DNA of 64,000 nt from Chrysomallon squamiferum (taxonomy: Eukaryota; Animalia; Mollusca). The notes beneath the pieces are model-generated. The model saw nothing but the letters and a program-made list of their open reading frames with translations. It ran no database searches and was not told where the DNA came from. The position numbers were made by a program, and so were the translations under genes. The stretch covers positions 19,282,001-19,346,000 of the forward strand of contig CM022679.1 in assembly GCA_012295275.1 (NCBI GenBank), written 5' to 3'. Shown here piece after piece: positions 1-12,800 of this stretch. The stretch's first letter is position 1; each line of letters starts with the position of its first letter.

Positions 1-1292
1 GATGGAACATAGTTTCATAACAAATTTTCTACATTTTCTAAAAAACAGATTAACTCTAGTCTTGGTTTTGCTGTCAGTAAAGATGGTTTTAGTGTAAACT
101 GACATATTTATTCTTGCTTGAGTGTAATCATAATGAACTTTTTAAAACAATTGATTATAGTTTAACATAATGGTGTGAAATAGTAAATAAATTAAATTTG
201 AAATTATGTTTATTATTGTTTTTCTTTTTGTTCTTTTTTTCTTAAATTAATAATAATTAAAAAATATAATAAATAAATAAATATTAAATAATAATAATAA
301 AATGGTTTGATATGGTTTATACCAAAAGAAATATTTTAAAACAGTTTGCTTAACCTAATATTTTATTAAATGGTGGTAAACTAGTAAAATTTGTACTGTT
401 TATAATTTTTCACATAATTTAAATATTTTATTTATAGAGATGTTTAATTTCACGTAATAAAATAATACTAATAATAATTAAAAATTCCAACTCAAATTCA
501 CATATCAATTTTAAAATACAGTATGAAAATCATACTTAACTTATTAGTCTCTTTAAGTTATTTTCTTTCTTCTCAAAAATAAATAAATATATAAATAAAA
601 AAATAAACCACATCATCAGAATAATAAAAGTTTAATGTGGATGAAATAAAAATGTTTTAAAATTTTAAAAAATTCAAAAGTAAATAAATAAATAAAATAA
701 AATAAATAATAAAAAGAATATTCCAAATTAGAAATTTTTATACCTTATTATAGATAATTTTCTTTCACTGGGAATGAACAATTAAGTCTAAACCAAAAAG
801 GTTGAAATATAACAATAATAATAATAAAGAGTTTAAAATCTGTAAAATTCATAAAAATGAGATCAAAAATTGAAACAAGCAAAGATACACGTTTTGAACT
901 ATTTTATGTAAACAAAATTTAAAACTTATTTATATATGCACAAAATAATAATAATAATATGTTGACATGAAAATCAGTTTTTTATATTGATGATTAATTG
1001 AATTATTTTTATTTTTTATATTAGCCAGAATGCACTACTTGTTTATAAAGAGATTCAAAAAAAAAAAAGCATGAAATATTGTTTCATTTATATATTATCA
1101 TGACCACATATATATATATATATATATATGTATGTGTACATTTGTGAGAGAGACATAGTACTGTAAATATTAATCAAATTAATAAAACTACTTCACTGGT
1201 TTCATGCCTGCAACTATTTAGTAAAATAGAACCTAATATCATCATCAACATGGTGTGAGCATATCACTAAAGTTTTATTCAGCTAAGGATTG

Positions 1293-1644
1293 TTACTTGC
1301 TACTGGAATTCAAAAAAAAAATGTATTCAAAAGATGTCTTGCCATCTTCCTGCCAATTCTTTATTCTTCTTTTACATATTATTTTCTTTCCCCTTTTTCT
1401 GATTTCTTCTTCCTTTGATAAAGCTGTTGGTACAAACGTGAATAATGCTAGTTTACTGTTCATTGGCTTATGTAATTCACTCCTCACTCATTAACCATAA
1501 TCAACTTTATGTTGTTGTTGTTTTTTTACACTTTGTCTATTTATTTAATTATTTATTTAACATTTTGGAAAATAATTAAAATTAAAATTTAATTTGGTAG
1601 ATTGTGGACCTTTTACCGTTGAGCTGCCTTCTATACTTGATCAT
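1293..1644 (-). CDS. Possible short spliced ORF of 52 aa, divergent from ABCA; may be non-coding
   Basis: An ATG at 1644 gives MIKYRRQLN followed by the donor AACG|GTAAAA at 1617/1616. The acceptor CCAACAG| at 1424/1423 is phase-compatible and continues ALSKEEEIRKRGKKIICKRRIKNWQEDGKTSFEYIFFLNSSSK*. I recognise no homology. Confidence 0.2.
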
Positions 1645-1829
1645 TGGCTTCGTTTATACTGTCGTATAGCCAGCCATATAACATCAATACAATTAATTTT
1701 TTAAAAAGAAAGAAAAATAACGAGTGAAGAGAAAAAAAGAATCTACCTGGCTTTTGTTTTTAAGGAAGTCATGTTATTATTAATGTTGTTTTGCTATTTT
1801 AAGTACAAACTGAAAAAGACTCAAAGAAA

Positions 1830-2240
1830 CGCACGCACGCACGCACACACACACATACACATTTCTAATGAAAATGAAAAGAAACAAACACGATAACTAG
1901 TGAGGATATAATTATATAAACGTATGTACCGACTTAAATGGAACGAAAGAACAATGGCTACCGGAAATAGTGATAAAATGAATTCGTATGTATAAGTGAT
2001 GTGAAAAATATGTAAGCCAACCAAACTTTAGACCTTTCATTTAATCTGCAAAAAGATTTTGTTTCATGATGTCGACGAATGATTAAATCGTTCCACATTT
2101 TTTCGTAATCTTGAGAAGAAGAAAATAGTAGTTTTCCAGAACATCTGTGGTAATGCCATACGACAGTGAAGTGTAACGAATGATGTATATTCGATATATC
2201 ATAATATAGTATTATATTGTTTTCTGTAGCCCGTGGGTCT
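1830..2240. promoter_or_regulatory. CpG-enriched probable promoter region upstream of the ABCA gene, possibly bidirectional
   Basis: CpG dinucleotides are locally abundant in an otherwise CpG-poor background. Candidate splice donors occur on both strands: CTGTG|GTAATG near 2150 on +, and CCAG|GTAGAT near 1747 on -. Confidence 0.4.
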
Positions 2241-2343
2241 GCCTTTTGACTGTTATAGTTTTTTTGCCAAAAATGTATATATATTTTTTTAAATGTACAA
2301 AATAACTAAACAAAAAAAACAAAAAACTAGTTTTTATGCATAC

Positions 2344-4484
2344 GGGTCATTCCGTGTCAAATCACCCCCCCCCCCAAAAAAAAAAAAGAAAGAAATTTAA
2401 ACCCGACCGTCTCAGATTTTTATAAAACTTGGTATACTTGTTGACTGGGATCCCACAGCACCAAATCTGAAATCTGAAATGTTCTACACAATCAGGCTCA
2501 AAGGGTTAACAGGAAGTGATGCTTCAGACAGGTCAGGAACTCCTTTAGATTCCCTGGTGCAATCCCCATTGAGCACATGGCAATTAGAAGTTTAAGACAA
2601 AGAAGTTTCTTCATCTGCATTTCTTTGACAATATGAAGCTTTTTAAGTTGGACACAATGTCAGATGTTGATATATAAACAATATTTTTATTTCATAAAAC
2701 CTATTAAGTAATTTTATCATGTCATGTGGGCCTTGCCATTGGTTTTGAACAAGGTTTCAGTCAACAACAGTACAACCCAGTCTGAAATCAGATATCATCA
2801 AGTGATGTACTGCATAATGTATTTGTACACCCAGTCTTCGGCACAGAGTATGAACAAGGTCTACTTCACCTTAATAAACTGTGATTTATACATGAGAAGA
2901 TTGACATAAATGCCCAAGACATGTGGGCCTTTGGCAATAACACATGTACTCTGCTGCTTAACTTTACTGAAAGGGTTTCAGGATTTGATTTAATATTTAG
3001 GAAAGCACTGACTTTGTTCTATTGAATTGAAGGTGCAGGCCAATACTGAAAATCTTTATTTCTTCCAGGGCTAACTGCAGCTTTAACTCTCCTGAAAATG
3101 TGTGTTATCAACAGCATCATATCAAAAAGGAGTTGTTGCGAAGTGTATGGAAAACTGAGGAAATCAAACTCCTCACTCTTTGAAGTGGGATCAAAACATG
3201 GGACATCAAGAGTATCATGAACAAGAACTATTCATCAAATGTTCAACATTGCAGAAAAACTGTTGTGATCCCCTTAATCGCCACCCTGAGAAAGCACACA
3301 CTAGATCTTTAAGAATTGTTAGCATGGGCACTTACAAATGCTTAGTAAATCCTCCAAAGACACTAGTGCCAAGAGACAAGTTGTGCTGTGACTGTCTGAT
3401 TATCCTTCAGAAATCAAAGGTCCTGCAGAGGATGGCTTTAGTATGGGTGGTATTACAATGGAGAATTTGGTGATAACTTGCCAGACAAACTGCTGGTTGT
3501 TGTTTCCCCAGAAAAGGACTTTGATTTGAATTCTATTCTGTTGAGTTTAGGCGAAACTCCTGTCAAACTCCATTCATTAGCACATTCCAGTAAATGAATG
3601 AAAGGACAGAAAAAAACTAGCATCAGCTACAGTAACATTAAAATGACATCTTAATGTCTGAATCCTACCCAGAGCATGTGCAAATCTTGATTTTGTCACC
3701 CTTTACCATTGAAAGGACAATGAATTGAAGGAGGAAATAATCCAATTTTATGAAAGTGATGAGAACAGTAGAATGTGTCTGGGAATGAAGGATACAGTGA
3801 GCATTTGAAACAAACATAGTGAGAAGGTTAAGCATCAGAAACACCTAGTTCTCTCAAATTTATGTGAACTTTATGCATACATGTAGGCCTTCAATGTCTT
3901 ACTCGATGATCAAGAGAGATGGTGATTCCTAGCATCCAGAATTGATCATTCAGGTTTTAGTCAATCAGATGTTAATGGCTGAAAAGGTGTTATTTTCATG
4001 TATGTGCATTTTTTAAATCTATATTGTGGCTAAACAAAAAATATTACACCCAGGAAACTTTTATATGTTTTAGTTAACATGTGGGAGATTAAATTTCAAT
4101 AAAAGTCATCTCAAGATCACGTGATCCACACGGTCAATTTCAAGGTCATAGCAAAGGTCAAAAGATCAAGGTACTCCAATATTTTCAAAACTAAACAAAA
4201 ATGGCAGATTTGGTATCCTTGTCATTTTGCCTTTCTAACAATACCAATTTTATGAAGATTGGCCCAGTAGTTCCTGAGATATGAGGGTTCTAAGGTTGGT
4301 GGTCACACCCATTTTTGGCAAACATCTCAAAATTCCGTGGGCCGTATCTCCCACACCACTGGTGTGATTGGGCTAACATTTCAGATTTGGTGCTGTGGGA
4401 TCCCAGTCAACAAGTATACCAAGTTTCATAAAAATCTGAGACGGTCGGGTTTAAACCATTGGGTGATTTGACACGGAATGACCC
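2344..4484 (+). mobile_element. Degenerate Sola2-like DNA transposon with long terminal inverted repeats
   Basis: The terminal 24 bp GGGTCATTCCGTGTCAAATCACCC (2344-2367) is a perfect inverted repeat of 4461-4484. Positions 2396-2473 pair with about 4378-4455 with one mismatch. The termini are GGG...CCC and the 4-bp flanks are ATAC/ATAA. Internal + strand fragments translate as CCDPLNRH (about 3261) and ELKEEIIQFYESDENSRMCLGMKDTVSI*NKHSEKVKHQKHLVLSNLCELYA (about 3722-3877). These resemble the FY..D..SR.MPG.KD.VS...QK.L.L.NL.ELY block I recall from Sola transposases. Stops are present. Confidence 0.8.
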
Positions 4485-6014
4485 ATAACAAGTATATATG
4501 AATTATAATAGTTTCACTTTAACACCAAAAGATGTTTACTTTCAATTTTAAAATTTCAAACTTAGTCTTTATTTATTCATTCCATTGTATGTACATTTTA
4601 TTTTATTTTCATTTAATTGCAGAATAACATCCAGAAACAGATAATTTGAGTGTAACCATTAATTGAATCTGATTGATAAAAGAAGAAGTTTGATAATTTT
4701 ATAATTATCAAATTTGAAGATATTTTTAAATATAAATAAATAAAACTTAGGGGAAAAAAAAGAGCTTTGTTTCATAGACTGTCAAACCACCTGACAATAT
4801 ATACACAGTTCATTTGTGATGTAACTAGCAGTTAAGGAAAGCCATCTACTAGGCCTATTGGTCATATCGTTGCTGTGTGTGATTAGTGTATTCATAAGTA
4901 AAATATCTATCAATAAATTAAATTTTCACTTTCAGTTAAAAAATATTCTTTTGAAGTGCAGTCAGAAATATTTAAGAGAAGTTTTGTCCAGAATTCTGAG
5001 TAATGAGTCAGTTTTTATATTGGTTCTGTATAGACTTGGGGATGAGGAGAAATGAAAGATGAAGCATTTTGTTGGATGCAATGTTATAATGGGGAATGAA
5101 TAAAGTTTAATTTCAGCAAAAAAAACATTAATTCTTTCATCTACATACTCCAAGTTACATGCCATTGGGGATATTAGGCAGGGTATATTGTCATCATGTC
5201 CTCATTAATATAAATTAGACTAGACTATAGGTATTGACATTTAAAAAAATAATACTATTCTGTTTGGTAATTACTGCTGCTATTTTCAAATATGGATATT
5301 ATTGTAATTCTTTGTTTTTGTTTTATAAGATTAATAAGAGTATATATACTTACACATGTACAAATGATGAAAAGCACTTGTTTTAAAAATATATTCAGTT
5401 ATATTTTATACAACCATAGCTCATCATCGCTGACAGATTGATGTTTCAGTCCAAGACTTCACAAACATGAAGAAAATGATGAAACTGCTTGGAAAGAATT
5501 GAATGAAAACATAAAAGGTGATATGTCTTACAAAAATAATAAATTTAGACATTCCACTAGAAGGCATGATAGTGAAAATGAAGATTCTGATAGAAATCAA
5601 TAGGGTACTCAACATTTTGCATGTTTTATATTTTAATGAACCTTCTCCACTGAATATCTTTGGCTGATACATAACTCAAATAGATTTAATAAAAACAAGG
5701 CCTTTTCAGTAGGAATAATACATATAAAAATCATTCTTACATTGTTGACAGGTTAATTTTTCTGTTAGTTCTCAAAATTCAAGGCCTATAATCCTTATAT
5801 ATTCATACATTTATGTGGGGAATACATAAAACCTCAATCATGACAAAGTTAGGAAATCTTCAATATTGATCAGAGTGTGTTTGTTTAGTTTTGCTTGGAT
5901 CTCTTCTGGGGCTGTAATGTAACAATCTAAATTTTAGCTGTTTTTTAATCTAATAGAAAACAGATGTTTTGTTCAAATGTAACCATTTATGTTTGTATTT
6001 CAGATAACACTACA

Positions 6015-7699
6015 ATGAAAGCATCATTTTGTCTTCAACTCAAGGCTTTACTGAAGCGCAATTTTCTTTTGAAAAGAAGAAACAAGAAACAGCTTTTGCA
6101 GGTTAACTAAAATAATTGCTATTGATATTATCCAGAATCTAAACAGTTCAGACTCCTCCTAGTTGAAATACATTACAGGACACACAACTGTACAGACAAA
6201 TGTTATGATTTTGTATACTCTTTTTCCCCTTATGTACATCTTCATTACTATGTACAGGCATATATCAGCCTTCCATGCTGAAAAGCAAATCAGATACAAC
6301 TGAGAGTTCAACTCGTATAATTTTAAACCAATATAAAATGTTGAGGCATCATAAGTAAAGAGATGATTAAAAGTCAAGTGCATCTTTTAATGATAGGAAA
6401 AATAATTAAAATATATTCTGCTTACTTTTCAGTTAATTTTGTATTTATTTTTATAATGAAGTATAACAATAAAAAAGTACAATTACAAAATATCTGAGTA
6501 CCAGCATTTTTCTGATGTTGAGATATTGAGTAGAATATGTCAATTGGTCCTGTAGATTTGTTCTAGTGTTATCAGAAACAGTAAAATTCTTTCCATACCA
6601 AACATGTGTGTTGAATGACAGAAAAATAAATGTTCTTTTTTCTTGCAGGAAATTTTCTTTCCTGTTTTCTTTGTGTCACTTATGGCCATGATAAAGGCAT
6701 TCACTGAACCGAAAACCTTTCCTCCAGTAAAATCATTCCCAGCAAATCCCCTAACAAATCCAGGATTTCATCTGAATCTTTCCAATAAATTACTTGTTAC
6801 ACCTAAAGAAGAAATATTCAGAATATTATGACTAGTATATCATCTGTACTTGGGGGCATTCAGTATGAAATATTTGAAAGTCAAGTTGCAGCTGAAAAAG
6901 CCTACAAAGCTAACCCCACTAAAGTGGCAGCAGGAATTATATTTGATTACGGCAACAAAAAGCTGAGCTATGCAATTCGAATGCCTTTACAGGTCACTTC
7001 CTTTTAAGAAGCAGATATTCACTCCAGCACTTAATCAAGGTTTGTATTATATCTGTACATTTTTGAACTGGTTAGTATATCCATCAAAACAATTTTTAAA
7101 TAGTAAGTAATTAATAACAGTTGAAAATCATTTTATCTGTATACAAAAAACATGTTATCTATGTAAAAGATAATAATGCTTGCAAATGTAATCCCACTGT
7201 GGTTTTCTAAAAACTTCAAATCAACTATAAAAATATTTGTTTACTGTGTTAAAATTATCTGTTTTATATATTTGTTTAAATAAAGTGATCCTAATAAACA
7301 TAACTGATAGTCTTTATATACATATATACATATATATAGATGCATACACACATATACATAGAGTGATAGAAAAAATAAATCGTACATTACAGGTGATTGT
7401 CGTAACAGTCTTAATGGAACAAAAGCTGGAAGAAAATGTAAAGCCAACTTGTATCTCACTTCAGGATTTGTCTGGCTTCAAAATGCCATTGAAACAGCGT
7501 TAATAAAAGTAAGTTTAAGATTTAAATGTTTTACTTTGCACATCAATGTTTTTCTAAAACAAATTTTTTAATATTAATTTTTGGTTTTTCAGCCCAGTAG
7601 AGAATGTTTTATTTTCTGGTTATTTTATTTTAATTTTTTATTATTTATTTTTTAATCATTATTAAAAAGAATTGTAGAGGAGCATAAATCTGCTGTAAG

Positions 7700-7761
<62 letters not shown>

Positions 7762-9755
7762 CTTCTTTTTTGTTTTTTTCTCTGCAGCAATTCCATCCAG
7801 CATTTTCTGTGCCTCAGGTGTCAGTTCAGTTGATGCCAAAAGATAAATTCACAGAAAGTCTTGACAGTATTCAGATTGGGTCTGTCATCTACTTTGTTTT
7901 TGCCTATTCTTTTTTCATCAACTTCCTTGTGGTGAATCTGGTTTCAGAGAAGGAAAGAAAAATTAGAGAGGGAATGAAAATGATGGGTCTCAGAGATTCT
8001 GTTTGGTGGTACGAATATATCCTTTTCTTTTCTTTTTTTAATTACTTTCTGTTTAACCAAGAATAAAATAAAAATCTTCAAATTGTTTAACAAACAGTGA
8101 ATTGCTAGCCAATAGTAGAGTTATAAGTATTATTAATGACATAAATATACAAATCATGTTTTGCTTTTATTATTAATATTTATTTATAGTTTTACTTGTT
8201 GTATTTCATTTCTTTAAAAAAATATAAATTACATTTTTCAGGTTGGCATGGGCACTTGTGTACATGTTGATCATCCTCTTTGTTACTGGCATAGTTGTCT
8301 CCATTGCTCATGTAACATCTTTTTTGGCCAAAAGCAATATGCTTATCCTCTTCATATTGCTCTTTCTGTATGGAATATCAATAATAAACCTGGCGTTTGT
8401 CATGACACCATTCTTCAGGAAGGCAGAGGTTGCTGGAATTGTGTCAGGATTTTTTACCCTTCTGATCAGCTTGCTGTATTTTGTTGTGAGCATGTCAAGA
8501 ACACGAACAAGTACTGGCTACAAGTATGATATTTCTACAGACACTCAGTGGGCTCTCTGCTTTCTGTCACCTGTAGCCTTTGCTTTGGCCATGGATCAGG
8601 TCAGTTTGTCATTATGGAAACAAATGTCAGAAAATCATTAGCACAGTTTTTTTGCTGAGGATTATTTGTTTTTAATAATTCACTTGTAATAACCATATAC
8701 ACATTTTTATGTATTTATTTTGTTTATTTATTTATTATAATTACAGGGCATTTTCCTGGATATAGCAAAAGATGGTATGACCTTTTCATCCCTAAGGCAG
8801 GGGGACTTTCCACTATATGCACCTATAGCAATGCTGTTATTAGACAGTGTTCTGTATATTGTACTAGCAGTCTACCTTGATCATGTTGTCCCAGGTAAGA
8901 TATTTGCCAGATTCAGATATTTTTCAGAGAATATTTATATACTACCATCTGAAAAATTGAAACAAGGTTAATAGTAAGTAGAAAATAAAATTAAATATTT
9001 TAAATGGAAACTTGCACCGTATTGTAAACAATAAAAAATTTACTCTTAACAAATACTTTATTTATACTGTTAAGTGCATCATAATTAATCCAGGGTTCTC
9101 TTTTATCTTTAATTTTGCTAATTGTTTTCAGAAGAGATAGTTTAAAAATAAATGGAAAAGTTTGAAAGAGTCGGGCTTTCTAAGTCCAATGCTAGATTTC
9201 TGAAATAATGTAAATTAAAATAATTCAAGAATGAAACAAATTTACACACAAAACAAATAATTTTTTTTGTTTAAACTGCTCATTTTAGGAGATTATGGTC
9301 CACTATATAAGCCATGGTTCTTCCTCATGCCATCTTACTGGTGCAATTCAAAGCAGAAAAGGAGTTCTGAGCTCAAACATTTATTGGATGATGAGGAGTC
9401 GATAACTTACAGAGATGATGTTGAACCTGTTTCTTCAAACCTGGCAAAGAATGCAGGAATTAGGTAAGCATTTATTAACTGATCAAATTATACCAACTGT
9501 GGTATAAACATATAGTCTAAATATAATTATATAAATGAAAGTTAATTTCATCTATTTTATTCTAGTCAACCTTTGTTATTAATAGAGTATAAGAAGATAT
9601 TCGATGTAACAAGATATTCGATGAACCATGCTATTATGTTAATTTTATTCTTAGTAAACAGATTGAAAAAAGAAAAAAGTATAAGGTTACAGAAACATTG
9701 CTGTGATTTATTCAGTCTATTTGTTACTTATTTTATTATTATTGTTATTATTTTA

Positions 9756-9812
<57 letters not shown>

Positions 9813-12800
9813 TTATTTTATTATTATTATTGTTATTATTTTTTTTTATTTTTATTATTATTATTTTTTATTATTATTATTATTGTTATTATTATTTTTA
9901 TTTATTATTATTTTGTTTTAGTTTACAAAATAATGCTACATTATTTTAATTCTCAGAAAAGACTGGTACAAAAAATTTAATAAAAGCTGAAGTTAAACAT
10001 ATTTAAGTCCGTGTTCAGTTTAAAGCTTTTTCTTTTAAATTCGTATGATGTTATTATTTTATTATTTCAGAATAACTAGGATTACCAAATGTTTCAGAGA
10101 TCAAAAGACTGTTGTTACAGCAGTAAATAGTAAGTCTCTGTGTATTTCAAATATTTCAGCCACGTTAAACTAAATATAATGGAATGATAGTTATTTAAAA
10201 AATAAAATATCCAAAACTTAATCTATTTTCGTTTCAGAAGACTATTTGCATTATTGTTTGGAGTGAGAAATTTATACAGTGATCAATACAGTTAAGTCAC
10301 AGAAACTTCACAAAATTGTTAAAAAGGTTAGGAAAAACTGGCACATTCCTTACATATATATAGACAATACTGTACATATGCTTGTAAAATTTAAAATCCT
10401 AGACAGACATATATATATATATATAAAATACAAAAGAATTGTCATAAGATTCCTTTAATCAGTGTGCAGATGACTTGCTTTATTTCCATAAGTTTTGAAA
10501 AAGTTCACTATGCTTGGTAAGTTTCTGTTGATCTGATGAACAGTTTTTATTATATTTACAATAATCATCAAGCTAATAAAGTATATAATCAGGCATGATG
10601 ACAGTGCAAAGCATTTAGCCATTGTCAAAGAGAACTGTACAATGTCTTTGAGAAAAATAGTAAATAATGGCATCAAAACAATGTTTCCAGTAGGAATATG
10701 CAGGTTTATGCAAAACAGTATAATGCAAATGATAATTTGTTACCATTGAAAATGGGTAGAAAGGAATATTTTCTGCTAAAATGTAACACACACACATACA
10801 TATATATTTGTGATGATATTTACTGTCTCCATAACTATGATCAGTTCAGAAACTATCACATGAAAGTTTTTTAATAGTTTTTTAGTTCAGACCTCAAATA
10901 AAATGAATAGTCATTTGGACTAATTGACTGACTATCACATTCCAGCTCAAATTAATAAGAAACTCCTAATATATTTTCTTTCTCTTTCTCATCAATTGAA
11001 GTATCATTTGTACAAGAGATTGGAACAACCATTTTCAGAAGAATTTTTTGCTGTTAGTATTAATCTATTTAGTATTTATATATTAAGTATAAATACCATT
11101 TTTGTGATGTCATAGGCAACAGCCAGACAAAATTGAGGCTGTTCATAAAAAAAACATTTGTTACAAATTATCAGAGTGATAATTTTTAAAATGACTATCA
11201 AATACAGTAATAATTTATAAATATTTTTTCCTTCCTTATAGTTTAACAAAAATATGACTCGATTGTTGTGCTTTAAAGTCATTTTCCATAAGCAATAATA
11301 TTTCATTTTGCAAAGACTCACTAATATAAAAATCATTCAATTCTACCTTTATTTGCAATATTGTGATTACCTGTTGTTATCAATTATTAACACTGATTTT
11401 GCTAATATGTGTTGCTAATATGTGAAATCATCTCTAGAACATTTCATGAACAATGTTGTATCGTAGTAGCTCAGTTAACTATTTTAAGTGGTCATTCATA
11501 ATTGTACATGTATGGTCCACTTTTCCAAATTTTTACTTTCACTGAAATGTTTTAGGATATTTATTGTTCCAAATACAAATAAATGTAGAATAGAGAAATA
11601 AGAGCCATTGCTTCCTATTCTATAAAGGTCAGATTATCTAACTTTTGAAGTAATTAGTGGGGAGTAAGCGCTAGCAAGATAGATCAAGATGACTGGCTCC
11701 TTTGGGGAGATTTTGTTAGCAATGTGGTATTACCATATATAGCAGCTGCTGCCTGGAATTTAAGGGGGGACTTTCTCAGAGAGCAAAGGATTGCAGGACA
11801 AAGCAGGACCTTAAAAATTGCTAGTGAAGGTGGCGACACTGGTTGTGTGGGTTTTTTTGTATTGGTTTGATGTTTTTAGTTCTATAGAATTGTGATTTGT
11901 TTTATGAACCAGGTCAGATGTCCTCTTTGGAGATGCCAGAGTTACCATGTGGTAAATTTTAATGTTGCTGTATCACAAATTGACCAATATTAAAGCCATT
12001 GAATTGAAAACCCTGTCTTCTTTGTTATTCCATAGACAGTGATATATATTACATTTATATATATATATATATATATATATTATAACGACCTATTGGGGTC
12101 ACAAGATCCACTTGCCTTGCTCCCCCCCCATTGCATAAAGAAAGAGATACAAATAAAATAAGGTGCCTGTCACAGTAACTAGTCTGACTGGTATTAATAC
12201 CTTAAAGTTGGCTTGTCCCATCTAATGGATAGCAGATTAATGATGTTAATGATCAGAGACAGCTTAAACTGTTAAATGACTAGTCTGTATCTACTTGAGA
12301 ATAATAATGCAAACAAGGATTGAATATGGGTAATTGTTTTAACATGACTTTGTAAATATGATTATATTCTATAGCTTAATAACTATTACTGTAATATAAT
12401 AATGTATTTAATATAAAGTCATTCTGCTTTAAATAGGCATATAAAAATAAGTGTTTTATGAATATTTTGTAACTCACTAGATAGAATACAAAATTATTAT
12501 GAAACACAAGTCTGGCAAAGGGGCACTAATGAGGTTCTGTCACAGTGTCCAATAAAAATATCAAGATGCTAATGCACATTCATGTTGTTAGGTCACTGAA
12601 TTTGAAAATGATGCAACCCTGTGATTATTAATTTTATTTAATTTTTTTATTATTTCTTTATTCGCATCTATCCCTAATTTCTCCATTAAATTGGATATCT
12701 GATCAATGTTTTTATCCAAATTATGCAAAATATTAATGAAATTATTTCATGCTCTCTAATCAATTTATATTTTTCAATTCTATAATGTTTTTAAATATCT

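Noticed and set aside
6796-6821. A 26-nt GT-AG micro-intron that could bypass the first ABCA frameshift
   Set aside because: It is far shorter than any other intron here, has a poor donor, and would leave the second shift at 6987 unresolved.
6829-6831. Selenocysteine, readthrough or A-to-I editing of the in-frame TGA
   Set aside because: The ABCA-like peptide after the stop is in a different frame, so recoding the stop would not restore it.
9573-9980. Long hydrophobic ORFs (poly-I/L/Y), also 7645-7839
   Set aside because: They are translations of (ATT)n microsatellites inside ABCA introns.
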